Source: an uncultured virus (IMG/VR IMGVR_UViG_3300042295_000410) (lineage: Duplodnaviria; Heunggongvirae; Uroviricota; Caudoviricetes). From it: 64,000 nt of DNA. The position numbers were made by a program, and so were the translations under genes. Under the pieces are notes generated by a model, which saw only the letters and a list, made by a program, of their open reading frames with translations, had not been told where the DNA came from and ran no database searches. Position 1 is the stretch's first letter. Every line of letters starts with the position of its first letter. The stretch is from IMG/VR virus record IMGVR_UViG_3300042295_000410; one strand, written 5' to 3'. Positions 1 to 7,791 of the stretch are shown here, piece by piece.

Positions 1-143
1 TCCTTGAGAGTGACACGCCCTGAGGCTTTGGTGTCACCTAGGTAGTAGTGGGGATTGTAGTCCCTGCGGTAATAGCTGTCTGCCATGCCGCGATCATAAG
101 GACCACCGTGTCGTGTGTCCATCTCGATGTGTTCTCTAATCAT
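1..143 (-). CDS. hypothetical early protein, 3' end runs off window (MIREHIEMDTRHGGPYDRGMADSYYRR...)
   Basis: Manual translation; AAGGAG Shine-Dalgarno and sigma70 promoter at 170-198 upstream; not in ORF track. Confidence 0.8.
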   Translation of the reverse strand, partial: MIREHIEMDTRHGGPYDRGMADSYYRRDYNPHYYLGDTKASGRVTLK

Positions 144-210
144 CTTTGCTCCTTAGTGTCTATGTGTGTATTGTAACAGGAATTCAAAGCCCTGTCAACC
201 ACTAAGGTCT

Positions 211-528
211 TTACCAAACCAACTCTTTTGCTGGGTAACGGATGGAACCTTCGTAGTCCAACTGGCTCTGCTCAAACTCTGTGAGGTAGTCGTCCTTGAC
301 AATGCGGAAGTCGATCACTGTTTCACGGAAGTGATCGTTGTCTGACTCAATCTGTGCTCGCAGGCACATGACCGCCATGGTAGCATCGGCAGAGCCACCT
401 TTGAACTTCTTGACCACGTAGTCCGAACCGCCCTTGGCTTTCCAGTACTGTGGGCACTCGTTCTTGCCGTCCCAATCATGGGCACCGTAGTTCTCGTAGT
501 ATTGTGTAGTGATTAACAGTTTAGCCAT
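211..528 (-). CDS. hypothetical phage protein (ENYGAHDWDG...CPQYWK.KGG motif)
   Basis: ORF with AAGGAG SD and its own promoter. Confidence 0.85.
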   Translation of the reverse strand: MAKLLITTQYYENYGAHDWDGKNECPQYWKAKGGSDYVVKKFKGGSADATMAVMCLRAQIESDNDHFRETVIDFRIVKDDYLTEFEQSQLDYEGSIRYPAKELVW

Positions 529-596
529 TGTGTGCTCCTTGTTGCGATGTATGTATTATAACATCAAAAAGAAACCCTGTCAAGTGCAGGGTTATT

Positions 597-671
597 TGGT
601 CCGGCCACCAGGAATCGAACCTGGATTGACTGCTTAGAAGGCAGATGTTCTGTCCATTGAACTATGGCCAG
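597..671 (-). tRNA. tRNA-Arg(UCU)
   Basis: Cloverleaf: acceptor CUGGCCA/UGGCCGG, D-arm GUUC/GAAC, anticodon loop CU-UCU-AA, T-arm CCAGG-UUCGAUU-CCUGG, encoded CCA. Confidence 0.95.
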
Positions 672-677
672 GAATCT

Positions 678-965
678 TTATCTACAGTGAGTGCGCCAGC
701 CAAAGAACTGACCATAGCCGTTATAGACCGGAGTATGGTAGCATACCGGCTGTGGGGGCAAGGGTTGGTAGATGATCTGCGGTTGTGGTTGGTAGATCAC
801 AGGAGGTTGTTGAACGATTACAGGAGGCTGAACGGGCTGTTGTTTAGCCATTGAATTGCCTATGAATCCGCCTAGGATGATACCCAGCAAGACATCCTCT
901 GGACCAGCTGCCTGTGCAGTGCCCAAGGATGCGATCAGTGCGATTGAAGTAAGGATTCGTTTCAT
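678..965 (-). CDS. secreted or membrane Pro/Gln-rich protein with glycine-zipper-like segment
   Basis: Signal-peptide-like N-terminus (AQA), GxxxG helix; leaderless start 6 nt after TATAAT. Confidence 0.8.
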   Translation of the reverse strand: MKRILTSIALIASLGTAQAAGPEDVLLGIILGGFIGNSMAKQQPVQPPVIVQQPPVIYQPQPQIIYQPLPPQPVCYHTPVYNGYGQFFGWRTHCR

Positions 966-991
966 AGTTCTATTATACAGTCAATTATTTA

Positions 992-1201
992 TCAAGTCAA
1001 CTCTTTAAATGTTCGCCCTTTGAGATCCAGCTTGAGCGGTGTACGGAACTTCTTTACCTGATCTGTGCCCGCAGGTATGTAGGCAATAGCTGTGGCACTT
1101 CGACCTGTAACCCGCTCGTTGAAGATGTAGACATGGTTACCGGCGTTGCTGTCTGTCCACTGTGTGGTTTCCTGATAGACTTTAATCGATTTGGATGTCA
1201 T
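992..1201 (-). CDS. hypothetical protein
   Basis: ORF in overlapping operon. Confidence 0.75.
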   Translation of the reverse strand: MTSKSIKVYQETTQWTDSNAGNHVYIFNERVTGRSATAIAYIPAGTDQVKKFRTPLKLDLKGRTFKELT

Positions 1202-1367
1202 GTATCTTACCCTCGTTGAAGATGTAGTAAAGGTTCATAGAACCGTAGTAGACCCAGATGCAGTCATTGCCCGGAGTCATTGTGTAGTGTGTGATTCCCT
1301 TGCGGGCCATGTCCTCTTCGACTAGGATGACCTCTAGTGGGTTAAGGTCTGGATGTATCTTAAGCAC
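1182..1367 (-). CDS. hypothetical protein
   Basis: ORF overlapping both neighbours; GGAG before GTG. Confidence 0.7.
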   Translation of the reverse strand: MLKIHPDLNPLEVILVEEDMARKGITHYTMTPGNDCIWVYYGSMNLYYIFNEGKIHDIQID

Positions 1368-1563
1368 GTTTCAGCACTCCGAAGATCGAGTTCTGGAGTT
1401 CAGCGGCTTCCTCAGTCTCGAGGTAGAAGTCAGTCCGTGGATCCCAGTAGCGGCCTTCCTTAGGATCGTAGTAGGCAACACGGCCATTGGGATAGTGGAA
1501 GGGTCCTTCAAGTCCTTTGCGTGGACCGTATTCCTTGTTGTGTTTGAAAACAATGTAGCTCAT
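1360..1563 (-). CDS. hypothetical protein (GLEGPF...YYDPKEG.YWDP motif)
   Basis: ORF with AAGGAG SD and promoter. Confidence 0.85.
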   Translation of the reverse strand: MSYIVFKHNKEYGPRKGLEGPFHYPNGRVAYYDPKEGRYWDPRTDFYLETEEAAELQNSIFGVLKRA

Positions 1564-1780
1564 TGACTGCTCCTTGTTGCGATGTATGTATTATAACACC
1601 GGGATAGTATTCTGTCAACCAATTCCTTGCGTCTTGTAGGGTCTTTAAGGGCTCTTCTCTATCGCTGAGAACACGATGGTTTCCACAGGCTCGGACATGA
1701 TAGCCTACTTGATCATTGCCTATGATACGAAAGCTTCGATCTCTGCGGAACCATTCTTCGTCGACATTGTTTAAGTTCAT
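1508..1780 (-). CDS. hypothetical protein, leaderless start; C-terminus reads through the next promoter cassette
   Basis: ATG 6 nt after TATAAT at 1787-1792; start revised from ORF track. Confidence 0.5.
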   Translation of the reverse strand: MNLNNVDEEWFRRDRSFRIIGNDQVGYHVRACGNHRVLSDREEPLKTLQDARNWLTEYYPGVIIHTSQQGAVNELHCFQTQQGIRSTQRT

Positions 1781-1934
1781 GTATGTATTATAGCAAGGTT
1801 TTACCACTCTGTCAACCTCTTTTGGTGTTGTATTTTTGCCACAAAAGGTGAGCCCCGCAACAGCTTCACAGCGTGGCAGGGCTCGGGGGTTTGCCTGGGA
1901 CACTACCCCCAGGACTTCGGAGCGAACTCTCTAC

Positions 1935-2204
1935 TTACGCAAGGCCGAGAGCCATAGCCTTGTAACCTGCGGCAATGATCTTGCGGCTTGGTTGACCCAT
2001 AACATACTCGGTCACTTCAACACCGTTACCGGCTTTGCGGTTGTTTGCATACACTGCGAAACCGCTTTGACGAATACGGCTGACTTCAGCTGTGACATTC
2101 TTGATACCGAAACGCTTTGCAGCCTGTGCAGGAGTCAATGCCTCGCCTGCTTTCAATGCTGTGAATAGTTTCCCGGCTTTGGTTTCTGGATTAATCGTTT
2201 TCAT
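1935..2204 (-). CDS. winged-helix/HTH-like DNA-binding protein
   Basis: LTPAQAAKRFGIKNVTAEVSRIRQSG resembles an HTH; AAGGA SD; start revised. Confidence 0.65.
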   Translation of the reverse strand: MKTINPETKAGKLFTALKAGEALTPAQAAKRFGIKNVTAEVSRIRQSGFAVYANNRKAGNGVEVTEYVMGQPSRKIIAAGYKAMALGLA

Positions 2205-2269
2205 TTTGTCTTCCTTGTTAGATACTGCTGTGCAGTTATTATCTATTATAGAGAAGACTGACTGGTAAA

Positions 2270-2488
2270 TCAAGCACTAATTTTGCCAAATTCACGATCG
2301 ACATAATGTCCGATCAGTTTACGCTGGATAAGGGTAATCAAATCCCCGTGCTGATCCGAAACAATGAATCGAACAGGGCAACGACCCCAAGTACCGGACC
2401 TTTGGAACTCTGCAAACCATTTGCGGTGTTGCTTGTTCTCCGGATCGAATGCCGTCCAAGGACGACCAATATAATCTAATCTACTCAT
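2270..2488 (-). CDS. hypothetical protein
   Basis: ORF; start revised to MSRLDY. Confidence 0.75.
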   Translation of the reverse strand: MSRLDYIGRPWTAFDPENKQHRKWFAEFQRSGTWGRCPVRFIVSDQHGDLITLIQRKLIGHYVDREFGKISA

Positions 2489-2572
2489 AGTGTTCTCTCT
2501 GAATACCCCGTTATACATGTTATCGAAGAGGACTTATTGACATTGCCTCTACGCACACTGCAGGGGTTATTC

Positions 2573-2992
2573 TTAGTAAGGGGCGTCTTCCATGTCAGCC
2601 AGCTGGGCAATCACTTGGGCTTTAGTAGGAGTGGGTTTGGCTTCTGCCTTCTTAGCAGCCACCTTGGCTTCGATAGCCTTCATAGTAGGCTTGGCCTTTG
2701 CAGCTTTGGCAACCTTAGCCTCTTTAGCAGGCACTTCGCTACGCTTGTCGATCTCAGCAGCCAGTGCAGCCAACACATCAGCATTGGTCTTGCCGTTGGT
2801 AGTGGCAAAGTCGATCTCCATGAGATAAGCAACAGCGTCCTCTTTGGTCATAGCGTGTTTCAGCTCGATGATATCAATATCGGTATGACCGTTCTTGATC
2901 AGCACCTTGGTACGCAGTGCGTCATTGGCAAAACGAACTTTGAATTGGCCATCTTGTTTAGAAACGCCAGCATGGGTAAAAGATTTAGACAT
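2573..2992 (-). CDS. hypothetical protein with Ala/Lys/Pro-rich, histone-H1-like linker
   Basis: AAAGGA SD; AKVAKAAKAKP low-complexity tract; start revised. Confidence 0.8.
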   Translation of the reverse strand: MSKSFTHAGVSKQDGQFKVRFANDALRTKVLIKNGHTDIDIIELKHAMTKEDAVAYLMEIDFATTNGKTNADVLAALAAEIDKRSEVPAKEAKVAKAAKAKPTMKAIEAKVAAKKAEAKPTPTKAQVIAQLADMEDAPY

Positions 2993-3074
2993 AAAATTTC
3001 CTTTGTGTTTGTCTGTGTGTACGAACAGCACCGCGCTGTCCATGTATTAATTATAACCTCTTTTGGAGGAACTG

Positions 3075-3254
3075 TCAACCAAAATATGGCGAATAGACTT
3101 CCTCCTCTTGTGGCGTATCAGCAACACTGTTGCCTTCAATCCAACCGTAGACCATCTCCACGGGGCAATCCAATGTCAGTGCAATCATTCTGGCACTCAT
3201 GCCATCGATGTACAGTTGCTCAATGTCGTATGCCAGTTCAGCGATCTTGCTCAT
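3075..3254 (-). CDS. 59-aa HTH-like protein (MSKIAELAYDIEQLYIDGMSARMIALTLDCPVEMVYGWIEG...)
   Basis: Manual translation; ATGA overlap with upstream gene; GAGGAGG SD; below ORF-track cutoff. Confidence 0.75.
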   Translation of the reverse strand: MSKIAELAYDIEQLYIDGMSARMIALTLDCPVEMVYGWIEGNSVADTPQEEEVYSPYFG

Positions 3255-3664
3255 TCCATTTCCTCCTCTTGCTTCTCTTGTTCAAATGCCAGTTCTAACG
3301 GAATCCAATTCTCTTGTGTGCCGTAGTGACGAACATACCACTGAGCCTTGCCTTTCCAGTTCATGCTGAGGATGTAGTCGTACTCCTCGCCGCTGACATT
3401 TTTGTAATAGTCCTCAATGTCTTTGTATTTCTCAATCGACAACTCTTCACCGCGTTGTGTGTAGGCACCCTGTTTAGTTTCCTCAACAGAGTCGCACAGG
3501 CTTGAGAAACCGCCCAAGTCAATCAAGTCACGCAGTTTGAACGGATCGCTGTAGTGCTTGAGCAAGAGCTGGCCGTTGTGTGCCAGGTAGCCGTCCCAGT
3601 GACAGTAGACTTGCTGTACTGTGCCATCTGCAAACTCAAGTGCGATAGTGCTTCGTGTACCCAT
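3251..3664 (-). CDS. conserved phage early protein (MGTRS...YCHWDGY family)
   Basis: Recognisable motif; GGAG SD; own promoter. Confidence 0.85.
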   Translation of the reverse strand: MGTRSTIALEFADGTVQQVYCHWDGYLAHNGQLLLKHYSDPFKLRDLIDLGGFSSLCDSVEETKQGAYTQRGEELSIEKYKDIEDYYKNVSGEEYDYILSMNWKGKAQWYVRHYGTQENWIPLELAFEQEKQEEEME

Positions 3665-3777
3665 TGTGTGCTCCAGTGTGTTTGTGTAAGTGTTAATTAT
3701 AGCAAGGTTTTACCAAACTGTCAACCCCTGCGAAGTACCCAGGCGTGTTGCAGGGTCTAATGGCAGGGGTTGACATT

Positions 3778-4020
3778 TCAGCAATCGGGATCAAAGTCTG
3801 CCCACTCTTGCGCTTCGTCGGGCTGTCCGTCAGCTTCCTCTTGCTCCAGGCGCTCTGCACAGTCCAGGAAGTTTTGGCACAGCTCGCGCATATACTCATA
3901 AGCTGCTTTCTCAGTGCGGCTCAAGTCCAGCTCGCTCATAGAGTCCGCATTGTCCATTGCTTCCACGCAGTGACGCAGATCATTCATTGTGTTCTCAAAC
4001 ATGCAGTAAGACATATTCAT
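3778..4020 (-). CDS. hypothetical acidic protein (MSYCMFENT..DL motif)
   Basis: AAGGAG SD; start revised. Confidence 0.8.
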   Translation of the reverse strand: MNMSYCMFENTMNDLRHCVEAMDNADSMSELDLSRTEKAAYEYMRELCQNFLDCAERLEQEEADGQPDEAQEWADFDPDC

Positions 4021-4092
4021 ATCAGCTCCTTTGTTGTGTATGTGTGTATTATAACACTGTTTGGCTACCCTGTCAACCAAAGACCCTACAGC

Positions 4093-4356
4093 TTACTCGG
4101 GCTTTACGCCCATAGCTTCAACAGCTTTCACGCCCTCTGCTGTAAGATAAAGTACACGATTGCGGGTAGCTGTAACAACAAACACAGCGCCCTCTTGCCC
4201 ATCGTTCCAGCTGTCGTAGCGCACAGCAGGGTTTTTAAGCAGAGCAGTTATAGCCATCTTACGAGCACGTTCGCCCTCGTTGTAAGTGCCATTGCATCCG
4301 CACATGCAGCCGGGCTTGCCAGTGTAAGAGCGGGTAGTTTGATTGACTGTAAGCAT
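4093..4356 (-). CDS. hypothetical protein with YTGKPGCMCGC motif
   Basis: AAGGAG SD; start revised. Confidence 0.8.
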   Translation of the reverse strand: MLTVNQTTRSYTGKPGCMCGCNGTYNEGERARKMAITALLKNPAVRYDSWNDGQEGAVFVVTATRNRVLYLTAEGVKAVEAMGVKPE

Positions 4357-4406
4357 GTCTACTCCTTGTTGCGATGTATGTATTATAACAAGATTTTGCC
4401 AACTTG

Positions 4407-4631
4407 TCAAGCCAGCGTAGCAGAAACCTTATCCGCTGTAGGGTCATACTTGAGGAACAGTTTGCCCGCACCGTCATCAGTGTCTGTCACAAGGTAGCAG
4501 AACTCGTGCCCGTTGGTGATGCCCAGGAAGCGGGCTGTCTTGAGTTTGGGTCGGCCTTTGACGGGCAGTGCCTGCTCTAGCATAACTGCTGGCATGTTGG
4601 TGAGGAGTTTGAGTTTGTCCGCTGTAATCAT
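4407..4631 (-). CDS. hypothetical protein
   Basis: ATGA overlap with upstream gene; GGAGG SD. Confidence 0.8.
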   Translation of the reverse strand: MITADKLKLLTNMPAVMLEQALPVKGRPKLKTARFLGITNGHEFCYLVTDTDDGAGKLFLKYDPTADKVSATLA

Positions 4632-4783
4632 TCCGCCTCCAACTCGCAGTCCTCTAACACAGCATCTGCGGTCTCAATAAAGCCCAACAGCTCATTGCCT
4701 GCACAGTTCTTGCCCTGTGCAAACAGGAAGTCCGCAAACTGTTCCATCTTTCCCAACAGCTCTTCAACATCTGTACGCTTCAT
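4628..4783 (-). CDS. 51-aa acidic hypothetical protein (MKRTDVEELLGKMEQFADFLF...)
   Basis: Manual translation; AGGAG SD; promoter 4811-4839. Confidence 0.8.
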   Translation of the reverse strand: MKRTDVEELLGKMEQFADFLFAQGKNCAGNELLGFIETADAVLEDCELEAE

Positions 4784-4865
4784 GTCTGCTCCTGTTTAGT
4801 GTATGTGTGTATTATAACGCAAAAGGGCACTGCTGTCAACAATGCCCTTCCACTTTACTGTACTA

Positions 4866-5252
4866 TTAAATGCCCTCGCACTCCGCAATCACAGCGTTAA
4901 CATGCTGGGGGTCCAAACGCATTAAGCCCGCAATAAACTTATCTCCTACATCGCACGACACGTAATTGTCGCCCTGCATACCCTGCTCGCTGTACTCCAC
5001 GTCGTTTGCTTCTGCTTGCGTAAAGCCCAACGTAACCAAGTACTCACGCAGTTCTGCTTTAAACTGCTTGTCTGTGTAAATTAGTCCCATTGTGTTAACG
5101 TCCCAGCTGTCTGCTGTAAAGTACACACACAGCTCGCCGAAGTCTCTCTCGTCGTTAATGAACTGCAAGTCTAGTTTCGTAACGTCTACAGCTTTAGCTG
5201 TGCGGCTCCAGTAGCCGAGTCCGTTTGTGTGCAGTGTAGTGTATGTTTGCAT
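4866..5252 (-). CDS. hypothetical protein (G.GYWS...GLIYTD..F...YSEQGMQG..YVS motif)
   Basis: AAGGA SD; start revised; lies in the motif-depleted island. Confidence 0.85.
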   Translation of the reverse strand: MQTYTTLHTNGLGYWSRTAKAVDVTKLDLQFINDERDFGELCVYFTADSWDVNTMGLIYTDKQFKAELREYLVTLGFTQAEANDVEYSEQGMQGDNYVSCDVGDKFIAGLMRLDPQHVNAVIAECEGI

Positions 5253-5335
5253 TTTAATTTCCTTTTCGTTTAACATGTGTGTATTATAACGCAAAAAGGT
5301 ACACAGGGCAACCAAAGACCCTATGTGCTGTAGGG

Positions 5336-5512
5336 TTATAAAGTAAACACTGCTACAGTGTCTCCTGCTTGCTTAATGCTTTGTGTTGCATGTGCGAGCA
5401 TAGTTTTATATTTGTACATGCTTGCTTTATTTTTTTGTGCTACTGCTAGCGGCACAAATTTTCCTGCAATTAGATAAGTGTTATTGCGTTGCAGTGTATA
5501 CATTTTTAACAT
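5336..5512 (-). CDS. 58-aa basic hypothetical protein
   Basis: AGGA SD; own promoter; lies in the motif-depleted island. Confidence 0.7.
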   Translation of the reverse strand: MLKMYTLQRNNTYLIAGKFVPLAVAQKNKASMYKYKTMLAHATQSIKQAGDTVAVFTL

Positions 5513-5595
5513 TTTGGTTCCTGTTTGTTTTAACATGTGTGTATTATAACACTGTTTTGTAAAACGAGCAACCAAAGCCCCTGGGGGCTGTAGGG

Positions 5596-6144
5596 TTATT
5601 CTTGATCCTCTTGGTTCTCTTCTTCCCAGTCAGCCATACTCTCGCTGATGCAGAAGTAGTCGTCTAACTCCTCGCCGATCATGTCACGCACCGTGTCAGC
5701 AGTTGCGCCACCGTACTCACAGCAGTCGTCACTACCGTTGTCCCACTTGCCCACAAACTGCATGCCAGGCTCGTAGTAGAAGGCCACTAGATCAAAGCCC
5801 AAGTCCATCAACTGCTCATATGCACGGATGGGTGGTGCCCAGGCACTGTCGAAGCCAGCTGTGACAGTGTTAGCATCCTCGATCTCTACATTGCTAGACT
5901 CTACATCCCACTTGGTGCCCCAGTTGGCCACATTGAAGTCATACCAGGAACTGTATCCGTACTTCTCTCGGTTAGCTTTTTCAGCATCGTTGGTGCCCAT
6001 CTGAGCCACAGTGTCCAGCAGTTCGGCAGGGCAAGGAATGAACTCCTGCAGGAACTTGCCCTCTTGCAGAGCCTTGGCGGCCCGCTGGATCATTTGGGGG
6101 TCTGCGTGACGCAGTGTAATACCGTTTGAACACCAATTAGGCAT
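5596..6144 (-). CDS. DUF1281/YubB (Api92-like) ferredoxin-fold protein
   Basis: MPNWCSN...NWGTKWD...FDSAWAPP...YYEPG signature; GAGGAG SD. Confidence 0.8.
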   Translation of the reverse strand: MPNWCSNGITLRHADPQMIQRAAKALQEGKFLQEFIPCPAELLDTVAQMGTNDAEKANREKYGYSSWYDFNVANWGTKWDVESSNVEIEDANTVTAGFDSAWAPPIRAYEQLMDLGFDLVAFYYEPGMQFVGKWDNGSDDCCEYGGATADTVRDMIGEELDDYFCISESMADWEEENQEDQE

Positions 6145-6349
6145 CGTAGCTCTCCTCGCCAAGTTCAGTAATCTCTTCTTCCACCACACTGATATCAACA
6201 ATGCGGAACCGTTGTGTCATATCGCTAACACCACAGAACGCATCTGTGAAGCTTTGGTTCTCTGCCAGAAACTCCAGCACACTTTGACGATCCGTGCCCT
6301 CGGGCACTTCAATCTCCTGACGGAGAACAGTTGTAACCATTGCTTTCAT
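6137..6349 (-). CDS. hypothetical protein
   Basis: TAATG coupling to upstream gene; start revised. Confidence 0.75.
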   Translation of the reverse strand: MKAMVTTVLRQEIEVPEGTDRQSVLEFLAENQSFTDAFCGVSDMTQRFRIVDISVVEEEITELGEESYDA

Positions 6350-6618
6350 TAGATGATCTCCTCTTCCCACTCGTAAAAAGAAACAGCCGGGTCCAACTTC
6401 TTCAACTGCTTTGCCGCAGTCATCAGTTCCTTGTAGCGACGATTGACTTCTGTGCGGCTCAGTTCGCCATCACAGGTCAAGTTCTCCGGACTCAATGCGG
6501 CATCGATCATGTCTGCGATACGCTGGCGACCCTTGGCACTCTGGATCTCGTATTGCTCGCCTTTGAAGAAACTGTTCCAGTGATTCTTCTGCTCGATAAA
6601 CTTCTCTAGTGCTTTCAT
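6349..6618 (-). CDS. hypothetical protein (LSPENLTCDGE motif)
   Basis: AAGGAG SD; own promoter. Confidence 0.85.
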   Translation of the reverse strand: MKALEKFIEQKNHWNSFFKGEQYEIQSAKGRQRIADMIDAALSPENLTCDGELSRTEVNRRYKELMTAAKQLKKLDPAVSFYEWEEEII

Positions 6619-6671
6619 CTTTGCTCCTTAGTGTGTAAGTGTGTATTATAGCAAGAAAACAGGGGATTGTC

Positions 6672-6854
6672 AACTACCCGTTAGTCCGTCTCTAACGTTC
6701 GGTGTGCCAAACATTACGCCCTAGTTCCCCGTCAGCAACTCGTGTAAACTTTCGTTTACAACTGCCTTCATGCCCCACAGCAACCTGTCCCCGTCGGAAC
6801 TCTTCGCTTGCTGTGGGCCCTAACGGACTAGGTAACCCTGTTTATTTCTTACTA
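6672..6854 (-). ncRNA. candidate multi-helix non-coding RNA, ~180 nt
   Basis: Own consensus promoter, no SD-led gene; closing stem plus three internal hairpins, one with a GAAA tetraloop. Confidence 0.7.
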
Positions 6855-6885
6855 TGCCTTATTATAGCAAGGTTTTACCAACTTG

Positions 6886-7116
6886 TCAACCAAATGCTTT
6901 GTATAACCCTACAATGCCTATGGCTAATGATACAACGTTGACCACAGCCTGTGGCTTATTTGCCACACGGATAGCCCATGCCAAGAACGCTACAGTGCCC
7001 ACAGCGAACGCGATAATATTGTAAGGATAGACACTGGGACCTATTGCGTTGAGTACGTGCCCGGCAATGATCGCCACGGCACCCACCCACTGTAGTACTT
7101 CATTCTTATTAAACAT
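6886..7116 (-). CDS. small membrane protein with ~3 TM helices
   Basis: Hydrophobic segments; start revised. Confidence 0.8.
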   Translation of the reverse strand: MFNKNEVLQWVGAVAIIAGHVLNAIGPSVYPYNIIAFAVGTVAFLAWAIRVANKPQAVVNVVSLAIGIVGLYKAFG

Positions 7117-7489
7117 CAACACCTTCACGATCAACCATGTCGCTCAACTCAGCGAATTTTTGTTTGTACTTGTAGACTTCGCGTTTGGCTTCGTGCAGTG
7201 CTTCGCCGATGCAGTCCTCTGCGGTGCCGTCTGTCAGTACTTCGCGAGCATCCTTGTACAGACATCCGCCCAGGTAGTGCGAACCCATCTCAAGGCTGTC
7301 AACCATTACACGCACTCGCAACATGAACCAATCCAAGTTGCCATTGTCGATGTCTTTACACATCTTGCTAACTTCTTCTTCACTATCAAAGTCAAAGCAA
7401 TCACGTGGGTTCAGGTCTTCGTAGCTCTTGTCTACGATCACAGTAAAGCCATCGCGCTCGTAAGTTGCCAGTTCATCGTAGTATCGCAT
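7109..7489 (-). CDS. hypothetical protein
   Basis: ORF with AAAGG SD. Confidence 0.8.
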   Translation of the reverse strand: MRYYDELATYERDGFTVIVDKSYEDLNPRDCFDFDSEEEVSKMCKDIDNGNLDWFMLRVRVMVDSLEMGSHYLGGCLYKDAREVLTDGTAEDCIGEALHEAKREVYKYKQKFAELSDMVDREGVDV

Positions 7490-7498
7490 AGTTGCCTT

Positions 7499-7729
7499 TC
7501 AATAGTGGTGACGTGAGCCGGGATCGCAGAAGTCTGCATTGTCGGGAGTCCACTCCTCGTCTTCTTCAACAATGGTGTCCTCATCCTCTTCGTCCAGGAT
7601 GTCGTTAGCACGGCACATGTCTTTAACATCGTCCTCGCTCATGTAGGCCAATGCCATCTCTGCCACAGCTTCTGCTGAGATCAAACCCTCATCCATCATC
7701 TCTAACAGCTTCGTAGTGTACTTGCGCAT
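7499..7729 (-). CDS. acidic hypothetical protein
   Basis: AAGGAG SD; start revised. Confidence 0.8.
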   Translation of the reverse strand: MRKYTTKLLEMMDEGLISAEAVAEMALAYMSEDDVKDMCRANDILDEEDEDTIVEEDEEWTPDNADFCDPGSRHHY

Positions 7730-7791
7730 ATCAGCTCCTTGTTGCGATGTATGTATTATAACAGGTTTTACCAACCCTGTCAACCGAAGGG

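Noticed and set aside
4861..5602. Alternative genetic code as the cause of TGA depletion
   Set aside because: Long genes are intact in code 11, TGA is used as a stop elsewhere, and the depletion covers all frames and both strands
6672..6854. Group I intron or RNase P assignment for the RNA candidate
   Set aside because: UAGUCC and GACUA occur in the wrong order for P7, no gene is interrupted, and there is no RNase P P4 consensus
1781..7783. ORF-track N-terminal extensions containing CYNTH or IIHTSQQG
   Set aside because: These are translations of the promoter cassette; starts were moved to downstream ATGs
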